Assembly (NCBI GenBank): GCA_965215005.1
Contig: CBDCCZ010000004.1
Coordinates: forward strand, 224,001-288,000
Direction of reading: 5' to 3'
DNA: 64,000 bases
DNA from: Kofleriaceae bacterium
GTDB taxonomy: Bacteria; Myxococcota_A; Polyangia; Haliangiales; Haliangiaceae
A program made the position numbers and the translations under genes. This document shows positions 36,617 to 46,151 of the stretch, piece after piece (the first letter of the stretch is position 1; each line of letters starts with the position of its first letter). The notes under the pieces are model-generated. The model saw only the letters and a program-made list of their open reading frames with translations, was not told where the DNA came from and did no database searches.

Positions 36617-37048
36617 CTAGCGGCAGGTGCCTCTGGCAATGAACGCGTCGTCCCCGGTGAAGATTTCCCAGCTGTGGTTGCTGTAGAGATACAGGTAGTA
36701 GCTATCTCCCGAGCGAAACCAGTGAGTGATTCCTCCTGGTCTAGCCGCCAATCGATACATGGTCTTGCGAAACTCGCCACGCGTGTAAACGGTACCCGCG
36801 CCGACGGTGAAGCTGAAGGCAGTGAAGGGACCACTGCCGGTTCTGCAGTAGTAGCGATGCCCAGAGGCGTAGCCACCGCTGTCGGCTGCATCATCGCGCG
36901 GCTCGATGCTGTTTTCGCTCAGCTCGTCGATGTCGCCTTCGTCTTCGAGGACGCAGCCGCTCGCGCCGACAACGGTGAACAAAGCGGCTGCTATGCCGAT
37001 TCCAAATACGTGTCTTTGCAGTTTCTGTAGGTTCGTCGTTGGTTGCAT
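36617..37048 (-). CDS. Small hypothetical lipoprotein
   Basis: ASG-C lipobox, acidic linker, aromatic-rich beta domain bracketed by two Cys. Confidence 0.7.
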   Translation of the reverse strand: MQPTTNLQKLQRHVFGIGIAAALFTVVGASGCVLEDEGDIDELSENSIEPRDDAADSGGYASGHRYYCRTGSGPFTAFSFTVGAGTVYTRGEFRKTMYRLAARPGGITHWFRSGDSYYLYLYSNHSWEIFTGDDAFIARGTCR

Positions 37049-37060
37049 CGTTTGCTCGTA

Positions 37061-37077
37061 TGGCAACCGGTGTGCCA
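37061..37077 (-). promoter_or_regulatory. Sigma54 promoter, near-consensus and palindromic
   Basis: TGGCACACCGGTTGCC matches TGGCAC-N5-TTGC; the + strand also reads GG-N10-GC. Confidence 0.75.
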
Positions 37078-37416
37078 AAGGCGGAAATTCAGCCCAGCAG
37101 CGGGCAAGCCGGTGTCAGCCTGCGCGGCAGTGGCCATGAAGGACCGCAAATGAGTCCTCGCTGACTTCTCGACATTCCAGTCACTGCGCCACGGCCTCCG
37201 CGAATGCCAGATGCAACCGAGGTGACGTTGGCGCCTGCGTGGTGTTGGCCGGCAGTGCAGCAAGGCTCGCCGTGTCCTTACGTGCGATTGTTCCTCGGAC
37301 CGCCGCGGGACGTGATCGCTGAGGCGCTCAGGCGTTTGATGGCCGCGGGACTTCGTGCGCAAATGGCGGTGCCGTAGCCGCCGAGCAAGCGGAAGAGCAC
37401 AGGACGGCTAAGAGGA

Positions 37417-38658
37417 TCAAACCACTTCGACGGGACGACTGATCGAAGGATGCTGCTTAGCTTGCGCCTGTGGCGGCGCTGCCAATTCCCGAACGCGAAG
37501 CAGGCGGCCGAGGACGACGACGAGGGGCGCGATACCCGCCGAGAGCAGCGCACCCATCTTGGCGGCGTTCGCCAGTGCTGGATCGGCGAAGGCAACCCCT
37601 GCGACGAAGAGCGCAACGGTGAGACCCAACCCCGCAGTCATGCCTGCCAATAGCAGCGAGCGGTGGTTCATGCCGGTTGGCAACGGAAATCCCAGCGCGT
37701 GGGCGAGTGAGCCCATGAGCAGGATGCCGCAGGTCTTGCCGACGAGCAGTGCGCACACCACCGCCCATGTCACCTCGGAGATCGCCGTGAGCGCTACGCC
37801 GGCATTGGCCAACCCAAAGGCAAACAAGCCGAAGTCGACCGGCGCCTTGAAGGCGTGTTCGAAGCGATTGAGCGTGTCGGTGTGCGGCTGATCGTCGGTT
37901 TCAGCGAACAAGCCCTCGTCATGTCCTGCGCTGGGCATGAAGGGAACCACGGCCACCAGCGCCAGAGCTGGATGCAAGTGCGCGGTGAACAATCCCGCCC
38001 AGCTAAGTACTCCCGGTCCGAGAAGGTACGCTGCTACAGAACGCACCCCACGCCGCCGCATCGTCCACGCCAATGCAACCGCTGCGACCACGAGCAGAAG
38101 CAATTGCCGGTTGGACTGGATGCGCCGGATCTGGATAGAAGAGCGCAATGATCACCAAGCCCAAGCCATCGTCGGCAACGGCGAGCAGCAATAGGAAGCT
38201 CACCGCCGGGTGGCCCGCGCCGAAAACCACGCGCGCCAGGAGCCAAGCCAGCGCGATGTCGGTTGCGGTAGGCACGCCCCCAGCCGCCAAGGGCCGCGGT
38301 GTTGCCGGTGGCGGTGAGGAAGGCGAGATAGCAGCCGATAGGACCGATGACGCCGCCGACGGTGGCAAACAGGGGATTGATGGCGCGTCGCGGCGGATTG
38401 AGAGCACCACCGGGCAAACCACGCTTCGGCGATCTCTTTGGCGGCAATACCAAAGAAGAACACCATGAAGAGATCATTGATCAAAAAGTGCAGATTGAGG
38501 TGCGAGCCTGCCCCAAAGGGCGAGGCATGAACGAAGTGTTGATAGCTGCTAGGCGATACGTTTGCCCACACCAGCGCTGCGAGAACCCCGGCGATGAGGG
38601 GGATCGACAGCTCCTGTAGGAGATGAAGGCGTGAGCGGGAAGCGATGGGGGCCGACAT
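37417..38658 (-). pseudogene. nhaA: NhaA family Na+/H+ antiporter with three +1 frameshifts
   Basis: INDLFMVFFF..KEI, GWG-VPTATDIA, LAVADD, FGLANAGV, LLVGK, GLTVALF spread over three frames; extra G near 38420, 38279, 38108. Confidence 0.88.
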
Positions 38659-38712
38659 TTCGCCGGTGGATCGACATTCTGCGGTGAGACTTGAGGGCTC
38701 GCGGTGAAAGCG

Positions 38713-40086
38713 TTACGGAGCTAGCAATTCCTGATAGCCCATCAGCAGGACGGCTTGCGCTTCGCGCGACGGACTCAAGAGGCGTTGGTACTGGTACTCA
38801 TCGTCGTCATATTCGGCCTCCGACATGATGTAGCCGAGCCAGTCTTGCCCCATGCCAACCAGCAGCTGCGCGCTGCTGCCGTTGTCGACGAGCATTGCGC
38901 GCAGGGTCTGGGCGCCGCCGGCAAAGAGCTCGCCCGGGACCGTCACTCCTTGCAGCTGCCCGATGCGAAACCACGCGATAGGGCTCGCCGCGGCGCCATT
39001 CTCGATACGCGTCTCGATCAATCGAAGAGACACGGCGAGCTCGAAAATCCAGTTGCGAATCGGGATCTGGATGAGCTGCTCTCTGACTTCGATGTCGCTG
39101 CCGGTGAGGGGGGTGGCGCTGGTGATAGCCGCACTCACGCGCGCAAACAAGTCGTAGCCGACCGCAGCCATCTTGCCGTAGCCTTCGCCAACGTCTGGAT
39201 CGCGATCGCCTTCGGGAAACGGATCGGAGATTGGCTGCTTGGGTCCTGTCGCGTAGAGATCACCCAAAGCACCATTGAGATACATATGCGAGCCCGGATA
39301 CGTGGTTTCCATATAGCGGCGATAGGCGCCGACGAAGTCAGCACTGAGGGCGTTGTTGTTGGCGCCGAGCTCGGTGGGATGTGCGGCCCACTGCGTGAGC
39401 GTGCCGAGCATCGAGCCGTCGCTTCTGAGCGCAATCAGGGTGAGGAAGGCATCGTCGACCAACGCCGGATCGGGCTCCTCCGATGAGCTGTTGGGTTTGC
39501 TGCCACCAGCGAGTAGCAAGGCTGCCGGCTCGGCGGATACCACCGCCTCGATGATGGCCTCGGCGGCGCGCTCTTCTAGGCGCTGCATATAGCGAGCATC
39601 GCGGCCGGTGAAGAACGGCAGCGCGCCCCAGAGGCCCATGGTATCGGGCGAGTGATGGGTGTGGGTCGCGGCGACCAGGAAGGTGAGGCTTGCCGCGGCA
39701 TCACCGAGCTCGGTGGCTGTTCGCTCGCGAATGCGCGCGATGGTGGGGGCAGCCAGCCCTACAGCATCGATCGACACCAGCACCACGCCGTTGCCCTGGA
39801 CCGTGATGACGGCCATGGCGTCCGCATACAGCGGATCGTGAACGCCCTCGCCGCTCTGCCGCGTCGCCGACGGCAGGCCAACATAGGTCCCGTAGCCGCC
39901 CATCGTCAGTTTACGACGCGTGCTGAGGTCGCGGCGGCCAAAGCCAACCGAGAACGATGTCTCGGCATGCGTTGCGGCAAGGCGTGCGCTCGCGTCGTTC
40001 GTTTGACACGCGATGCTCAGCGCCAATAGCGGGCCGAAGAGAAGCAAAGAGAAGCGTTCGATCGCGGCTACTACGGTTTTACACAT
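38713..40086 (-). CDS. Neutral/alkaline ceramidase-like family lipoprotein
   Basis: MGGYG, HDPLYA, ATHTHHSP, AAHP, SADF, PGE motifs; SIA-C lipobox. Confidence 0.75.
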   Translation of the reverse strand: MCKTVVAAIERFSLLLFGPLLALSIACQTNDASARLAATHAETSFSVGFGRRDLSTRRKLTMGGYGTYVGLPSATRQSGEGVHDPLYADAMAVITVQGNGVVLVSIDAVGLAAPTIARIRERTATELGDAAASLTFLVAATHTHHSPDTMGLWGALPFFTGRDARYMQRLEERAAEAIIEAVVSAEPAALLLAGGSKPNSSSEEPDPALVDDAFLTLIALRSDGSMLGTLTQWAAHPTELGANNNALSADFVGAYRRYMETTYPGSHMYLNGALGDLYATGPKQPISDPFPEGDRDPDVGEGYGKMAAVGYDLFARVSAAITSATPLTGSDIEVREQLIQIPIRNWIFELAVSLRLIETRIENGAAASPIAWFRIGQLQGVTVPGELFAGGAQTLRAMLVDNGSSAQLLVGMGQDWLGYIMSEAEYDDDEYQYQRLLSPSREAQAVLLMGYQELLAP

Positions 40087-40239
40087 GCTGTGCCTCCTGC
40101 CGAACGGTAGCTGATATTTCAGCCTATCTGCGGGAGCGGCCAAGGGCATTCGTCATCACCTGTTGATAGTCACAACCGCGGCTACGACAATCCGCCAACG
40201 CAAGTGCGAAGCGCCGCGCCTTCGGGTCGCGATGCATGA

Positions 40240-41191
40240 TTACTCGCCAACGGGCTCGAGAACGTGGCGAAGGGCTTTGGTAACGGCGGTCGCCACTCGG
40301 CGGACCCGAGTAACCTTTTGCAGGTCGCGATGCATCACCAACCAGACCGGGCGCATGGGAATCTCGTGCAGCGCCCGCAGCTGGACCAGCTCAGGGTGAA
40401 GCTTGGCCATGCTCGTCGGCAGCACGGCCATTCCCAGCGAGTCCGCGGCCGCCGCCGCCAACGTCATCAAGCTGTTGGCAAATAGCTGCGGCACCGCGCG
40501 GGTTGCCCTTGCCGCTAGCCAAGTTCCCTCGGGTCCCAAGGCTAGCTCGCGCGATGGCACCAGGATGCCGTGGCCGTCCAGTTGATTCTGCTCGGCGACT
40601 GCAAGCCAGTCGGTTCCGCCTCGTGCTGATCGCTGCGGCTTGGAAGCGGGTGGTGTCTTGAGGCCGCGTGCCGCGAGATAACCGGTTGATGCAAACAAGC
40701 CAAAGCGTACCGTCCCGAGGCCACGGCGAACGAAGTCCGGCTCCTTCACCGCCAGCAGCCGAACCGCGCAGTCTGCCTCGCCTCTCGTCAAGTCAGCCGC
40801 GGCGTTGCCGACGATGAGCTCGACCGTGAGCTCGGGATGCCTTGCGCGCAAACTCGGCGAGCGCCGTGGGTAGAAGGAGTGCTGCGATGGTTTCGGTTAC
40901 TGCCAGGCGCACCAGTCCACCCGGGCCGGCGGTGACGCTCTTTGCGCGCCGCTCGAGCGCATCGACCGCCGAATCGAGGGCATCGAGCGCGGGAAACAGC
41001 TGCGCCGCCGCTGCGGTTGCAACCACGCCCGCCGACGAACGCAAGAATAAGGTCGCACCGAGCGACTCCTCCGCGGCGCGAAGCCTGCGGCCGATGGTCG
41101 TCTGATGCATCGCGAGCGCTCTGCCGGCGCCGGCGAGCGAGCCGGCACGAGCGACGGCACGAATCACTCGCAGGTCGTTCCAGTCGAGCAT
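40240..41191 (-). pseudogene. LysR family regulator, frameshifted near 40841
   Basis: DWNDLR..GSL..A..L...TIGRR HTH, LF.R; substrate domain HPEL..ADL...EAD.AVR in next frame; removing one G gives EFARKHPEL. Confidence 0.85.
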
Positions 41192-41313
41192 GCATGGATG
41201 CATATCATCTGTGCGCAATCGCGCATAGCCGGTAATGCAGAGCTGCGTCTACCTTGTGTGAAGGCCCAGGCGATACGGCTCTGTGGCCACAACCGTCACG
41301 TTAGGAGCAACCG

Positions 41314-41931
41314 ATGTTTCGCCACCTATTCGCGTTCATATCGATCATTCTGCTGGCCCTTGGCTGCGGCGGCACCAGCGCAACGAGCCCGCGCGACGAT
41401 GGCGGAAGCGGGGAGCCCGCAGCGCCAGATATCACCGGCCGCTGGGCCAGTGAATGCGTTAGCGCAAACGGCCAGAACTTGACGCTCGAGTTCGATATCG
41501 AAGCTGCGCAATGGCAGCTCGACTACGCTACCTTTGCCGACGCGAGCTGCGAGCAGCCGTTCTTCACTGTGAGGATCGCCGGGCCATGGACTCTGCAACA
41601 GCCGTCGCCGGAGGTGAGTGGCGCCTGGGAAGCGGAGTTTGGCTTCGCCGAAAAGTCCGTAACACCACACGTGCAAGCCGCGGCTGAGTTTCTGGCCAGC
41701 GAGCAAGGCTGCGGGCGCGAGGGCTTCGCAGTAGGAGAAGCTAGCGATATCTACGCCAGCGGATGTGCGGGGCTGCTCCAGTATCCACGCGCGCAATGCC
41801 AAGCGGATTACGACCTCGTCGCGCTCGTAGACGGCAACTTGCAGTTTGGTGCGCGTCCAACCGACAATGACATGTGCACGCCGCAGAAGCGGCCGACGAG
41901 GTTGTCGGGTATGCCGCTGATGCGATCGTAG
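41314..41931 (+). CDS. APCDD1-like domain lipoprotein
   Basis: ALG-C lipobox; G.W.S.C, D..C..P, GC, YDLV, FGARPTD, KRPT pattern recalled from the APCDD1 repeat. Confidence 0.65.
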   Translation: MFRHLFAFISIILLALGCGGTSATSPRDDGGSGEPAAPDITGRWASECVSANGQNLTLEFDIEAAQWQLDYATFADASCEQPFFTVRIAGPWTLQQPSPEVSGAWEAEFGFAEKSVTPHVQAAAEFLASEQGCGREGFAVGEASDIYASGCAGLLQYPRAQCQADYDLVALVDGNLQFGARPTDNDMCTPQKRPTRLSGMPLMRS

Positions 41932-41992
41932 GAGCTACGCGCGGTCGAGCTGCGGGGCTGGCGCGGGCCCAGCACGGCCATCAAAGGATCGC

Positions 41993-43438
41993 TCAGCTGC
42001 CGATGCGTTGCAGCAGGCGCTGGGCGGTTGCTAAGCCGGGGTTGGCTGTGAGCGCCTCGGCCAGATGCCAGCGCGCGGCGGCGGGATCCCCATCGGCAAC
42101 ACAAAGCAGCGCGAGCGCGACCAGACCGAGTGGCCAGGGGCGAGCGCCAGCCATGGCGGCTTCAGCGACGGCGCGCTCGCGTGTGGCCAGCTGCTGGCGG
42201 TCTTTGCCGGTCGCGAGCTGGGAACGAAATCGCGCCCACGCGAGCGAGGCTTCGTATTCAGGATGTTCCGGGTGCAGCCGCGCGGCAGCGGCCATGTTCG
42301 CGAGCGCGCGGTGAACGTCGCCTTCACCAAGCGCCTGTTGGCCACGACTAAACGCCTCTGCGGCGGCTTTGGCATCATCGAGCTTCAACGTCCACGGTGA
42401 ACCAGCACCTCGACTTGCGAGCCAATCGTTGTATTGGCCGCGTTCCGGCGGATCGAGGAGCACACGGCGCGCGGTGACGATTTGCTGCCACAGCGGCTCG
42501 ACCAGCGGGACCAACTCGGCGAGGTCGAGCGACTCGAAGCGCTGCGGCGCGAACCGCAGCGCGAGCTCTTGACCGGCTGCGACGATCGCGCGGCGATTGG
42601 CAGCTCGCGTCAGCTCGAGGACGTCGTAATGGGTGGCATGCTCGAGGCGCTGGCGTCGGGCTCGCAAGTGGTGCCGCGCAGCACGCAGAAGACGCCGCGC
42701 AGGAGTAGCGGGGTCTATCGGCTCAGGCGTCATGAGCAGCGCATCTACTGACGCCAGCGCCCACAAAAGACGTGCTGTTCGCCATTTATCACTGTCTGCA
42801 CGCGCGAGGATGGTCTGCACCGTAAAGGTGCCGTCGAGCCAGCGGAGTAGCTCGATCTCGGGGATTTCAAGAGCGCGATGCTCGCGCAACATGGTCACGC
42901 GCTCGGTGGCGGTCGCGTAGTGACTGGCGTGGTGGCGGAGCACCTCACGCACGACCTCTTCGGGAACTTGGTGCTTGTGGCGAAGAATGGCCACCTCGTC
43001 GGCGATTGGCTCACCGGTCGCAGGCCGACGCAAGACGCGCAGCGCGAGGCTTGGAGAGGTGCCACTGGCAAAGCGAAGGCGCTCGGCCCGATGAACGACC
43101 TCGAGCAGAGCCGCCGCGTCGCCGGTGCCGCGCACGAACGCTGTGCGTGCCTCTTGGGCGGCCTGATGGGCGGTCTCGGTGAGACCGACCACGACGATTG
43201 CGGGCGCCGGGTCGAGAGCACGCCATTCCTTGACCAGAACAGGAAGCGTTGCGCCAAGTGCGTCCCCCGACAGCACCACGATATCTGGCGAGGTCGACAG
43301 CACCGGTGTGTCTTCGCCAGCGGTGGGGCCCAAGGCAAACGAGGCGTTCCACGAGACGAGATAGCGCTGCGCCTCCAGCAGCTCTTGCAGCTGAATCGCC
43401 ATTCCAACGTCCGCGAACGCGAGCAGAACCGACGGCAA
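41993..43438 (-). CDS. Receiver-like / degenerate J-domain / TPR protein
   Basis: Receiver-like N-terminus, THYDVLEL J-domain start with APQ in place of HPD, C-terminal TPRs. Confidence 0.7.
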   Translation of the reverse strand: MPSVLLAFADVGMAIQLQELLEAQRYLVSWNASFALGPTAGEDTPVLSTSPDIVVLSGDALGATLPVLVKEWRALDPAPAIVVVGLTETAHQAAQEARTAFVRGTGDAAALLEVVHRAERLRFASGTSPSLALRVLRRPATGEPIADEVAILRHKHQVPEEVVREVLRHHASHYATATERVTMLREHRALEIPEIELLRWLDGTFTVQTILARADSDKWRTARLLWALASVDALLMTPEPIDPATPARRLLRAARHHLRARRQRLEHATHYDVLELTRAANRRAIVAAGQELALRFAPQRFESLDLAELVPLVEPLWQQIVTARRVLLDPPERGQYNDWLASRGAGSPWTLKLDDAKAAAEAFSRGQQALGEGDVHRALANMAAAARLHPEHPEYEASLAWARFRSQLATGKDRQQLATRERAVAEAAMAGARPWPLGLVALALLCVADGDPAAARWHLAEALTANPGLATAQRLLQRIGS

Positions 43439-43504
43439 CGCGCTCCATGGTAGCAGCGATGCGTGTAGGGGCGCTGGGCCGGCGGCAGCGCGCGAGTGCG
43501 CGGT

Positions 43505-44914
43505 TTAGGTTGGTGCAGGTGCGCCGGATCGCCGCTGCTCGCTTCGCGCAGCGAGGGGGAGCGTGTGGCCGCGTCGGCTCGCGCGCCTAGCACCGGCGCG
43601 GCGTTCTTTGGTCAGGGCATAGAGATAGTCGTCATAATCGACCTGCATGGTGTGACGGGCCGACTTGATGTAGCGGCGGAACATGCGCAGCCGGTCGCGG
43701 GCCATCTCGGCGCGCATCTCTGCGCGCGTGGGCAGGCAATAGTCGCCACAGAGGTAATCGGCAACCCACTTCGACTGCGCCTCGGCGAGCGGCATAATGG
43801 CTCCGAGCGGCTGGAGCAGGCCGATGAAGAACAGGTTGTCGAGGCTCGGCTCGAAGACGCGGCGGAACAGCGGCAGGTCGTTATTGGGCGCGGCGAGGAA
43901 GTCGGGGTCGAAAAACGGGAAGGTGACGTTGTAGCCGGTGCAGTAGATAATCGCATCGGCGGCTTCGGCGCTGCCGTCGGTAAAGTGAACCGTTTGGCCG
44001 TCGAGATGCGAAATGTTTGATTTGGCGATGATGTCGCCGCGACCCAGGCGAGGGAGGAATTCGCTCGAGATGGTCGGATGCGCTTGGCCGAGTTTGTGAT
44101 CGGGCGCGGGCAAGCCCCAGCGTCGCATGTCGCCCACAGCGACGCGGTGAATGAGACGCGCGGCGGGTTGCCTCAGCGACTGCGGCAGCCACGGTGGCAA
44201 GGTGAGGAGCTGGTCCATGGGCTTGCCAAAGATGTAGTGCGGGACGATGTGCGCGCTGCGGCGAGCCGCGTGGAAGACGGTTGCAGCGACGCCTCGCTGG
44301 CTGAGCTCGCAAGCGATGTCGACGGCGCTGTTGCCCATGCCCAAGACCACGACTCGAGCATCGACGAGGTCGTGCGGGGTGCGCGGGTCGATGTAGTCGT
44401 GCGAGTGCAGCTCGATGCCGTCGAAGCTGCCGGGAAACGGCGGATCTGGCCACCTCGGGTCCCAGTGGTGGCCGTTGGCAACGGCGAGAGCGTCGTAGCG
44501 GCGGGTCTGGCCGCTGTCGAGCTCGACGAGCCACACCCCATCGGGCTGTCTGCGCGCGGCAACCACTTTGGTCTCGAAGGTGATGGTGTGGCGGAGATTG
44601 AAGTGGTCGACGTAGTCGTCGAAGTACGCAGCGATCAACGAGTGGTGGGGGAAGTCTGGATAGCTCGGCGGCATCGGAAAGTCGCCGTACTCCATGCGGT
44701 CGCGCGAGGTGTTGATGTGCAGCGAGCGATACGCTGACGAGACACCGTTGGCGTTGCCAAACACCCAGTTGCCGCCAACCCGGTCGCTCGCTTCGTAACA
44801 GTCAAAAGGAATACCGCGATCGTGCAGCGCCTTGACCATTGGCAGGCCACTCGAGCCAGCACCGATGATGCATACGCGGGGCAGAGATTGCATACTGAAG
44901 ACCTCCTGCGTCAT
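43505..44914 (-). CDS. Flavin-containing monooxygenase (FMO family)
   Basis: GAGSSG, GGNW, ANGHH, F.G..LHSHDY, GMGNSA.D, CTGY. Confidence 0.93.
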   Translation of the reverse strand: MTQEVFSMQSLPRVCIIGAGSSGLPMVKALHDRGIPFDCYEASDRVGGNWVFGNANGVSSAYRSLHINTSRDRMEYGDFPMPPSYPDFPHHSLIAAYFDDYVDHFNLRHTITFETKVVAARRQPDGVWLVELDSGQTRRYDALAVANGHHWDPRWPDPPFPGSFDGIELHSHDYIDPRTPHDLVDARVVVLGMGNSAVDIACELSQRGVAATVFHAARRSAHIVPHYIFGKPMDQLLTLPPWLPQSLRQPAARLIHRVAVGDMRRWGLPAPDHKLGQAHPTISSEFLPRLGRGDIIAKSNISHLDGQTVHFTDGSAEAADAIIYCTGYNVTFPFFDPDFLAAPNNDLPLFRRVFEPSLDNLFFIGLLQPLGAIMPLAEAQSKWVADYLCGDYCLPTRAEMRAEMARDRLRMFRRYIKSARHTMQVDYDDYLYALTKERRAGARRASRRGHTLPLAARSEQRRSGAPAPT

Positions 44915-45939
44915 TGCGCGGCGAGCGGCGCAGCGAGTAGCCGCGCGGCCTCATCTAGAGCATCGCGAGCGGCATCGACGACGCCGTCGAAGTGGATGAA
45001 AGCGTGGGTGAGGCCGGGGTGGCAGCGATAGTCCACCGCGACGTTGGCGCGCTGTAGCCGTTCTGCAAGCAGGCGGCCTTCGTCTCGAAGCGGGTCGAAT
45101 CCGGCGGTGACGAGGATGGTTGGCGGCATGCCGGCGAGCTCGGCGCTCAGTGGCGAAGCTTCGGGTTGATTGAAGTCCAGGCCTGCGGCGAAGTACTGGC
45201 TGCGAAACCAATGCATCATGTCGCGCGTGAGGATATAGCCGTTGGCGAAGGTCTCGATGGACGGGGATGAAAGGGTGGCATCAACCCACGGATAGAGAAG
45301 CCACGCCAGCGCTGGCTTGGGCACTGCTTCGGTGCACCGCAAGCACACCAAGATCGCCAGGTTGCCGCCGAGGCTGTCGCCGCCCACCGCCACTCGCTCG
45401 GGGCTCGCGCCGAGCGATGCGGCGTGCTTGCGCAGCCAGCAATAGGCGCGGAACGCATCGTCGACCGCGGCTGGAAAGCGATGCTCTGGCGCCAATCGAT
45501 AGTCTACGGAGGCGACGAGACAGCGGCTCTGCAGGGCGATGTGGCTGCACGCCGCATGATGGGTTTGGATGGAGTTGATGACGCCGCCGCCGCCGTGAAA
45601 GAACACCAACAGTCCGGCCTGCGCCGGCGCGGTGGGAGGCCGAAATAGCCGCACCGGAACACCTGCGTCGAGGTCCTGAATTTCGCAGGGAGCTGCTGGG
45701 CGCTCGGCGAGCCCGAGCAGCCGCGCCGCGGCGACGCGCGCACGGTCTAGAGGCATGCGAGTGAAATCGACAGAAAACGCGGATGCTACCGCCAGCACCA
45801 GCTGCATTTGCGGATCGAGCTCATGGCCGTCGCGGCGTGTGACTATGCCGCGGCCAAGGCCACGCAAGACGGGGCGCGGCAGGCGAGCCAATGCCGCAAG
45901 CGCGACACGCGGCACAGCATCAATGCGCGAGCGAATCAT
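44911..45939 (-). CDS. HSL-family alpha/beta hydrolase (esterase/lipase)
   Basis: HGGG, DYRLAPEH.FPA, GDSLGG, DPLRDEG, HAF. Confidence 0.93.
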   Translation of the reverse strand: MIRSRIDAVPRVALAALARLPRPVLRGLGRGIVTRRDGHELDPQMQLVLAVASAFSVDFTRMPLDRARVAAARLLGLAERPAAPCEIQDLDAGVPVRLFRPPTAPAQAGLLVFFHGGGGVINSIQTHHAACSHIALQSRCLVASVDYRLAPEHRFPAAVDDAFRAYCWLRKHAASLGASPERVAVGGDSLGGNLAILVCLRCTEAVPKPALAWLLYPWVDATLSSPSIETFANGYILTRDMMHWFRSQYFAAGLDFNQPEASPLSAELAGMPPTILVTAGFDPLRDEGRLLAERLQRANVAVDYRCHPGLTHAFIHFDGVVDAARDALDEAARLLAAPLAAQ

Positions 45940-46151
45940 TTCTCCTCGGGGTCCCGGCGACGGACCAGACGGTTAGCGGGCACCAGCGCCTCGGGCTTGG
46001 GCGATAGCGCGACCGGATCGAGGTTGGTGGTGCCGCAGTAGAAGCAGGCCCCGTTCAAGATGACCTCGTGCTCACAGTGGCCGCAGCGCTGGCAGAAGCC
46101 TGCCTCGAGCTCAGGAGCGTCGCAGCATGGATGTGGGAGAGGCGTGGTCAA
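45936..46151 (-). CDS. Small Cys/His-rich putative zinc-binding protein
   Basis: HPCC..CQRCGHCEH..CFYC; 4-nt overlaps with both neighbours. Confidence 0.7.
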   Translation of the reverse strand: MTTPLPHPCCDAPELEAGFCQRCGHCEHEVILNGACFYCGTTNLDPVALSPKPEALVPANRLVRRRDPEEK

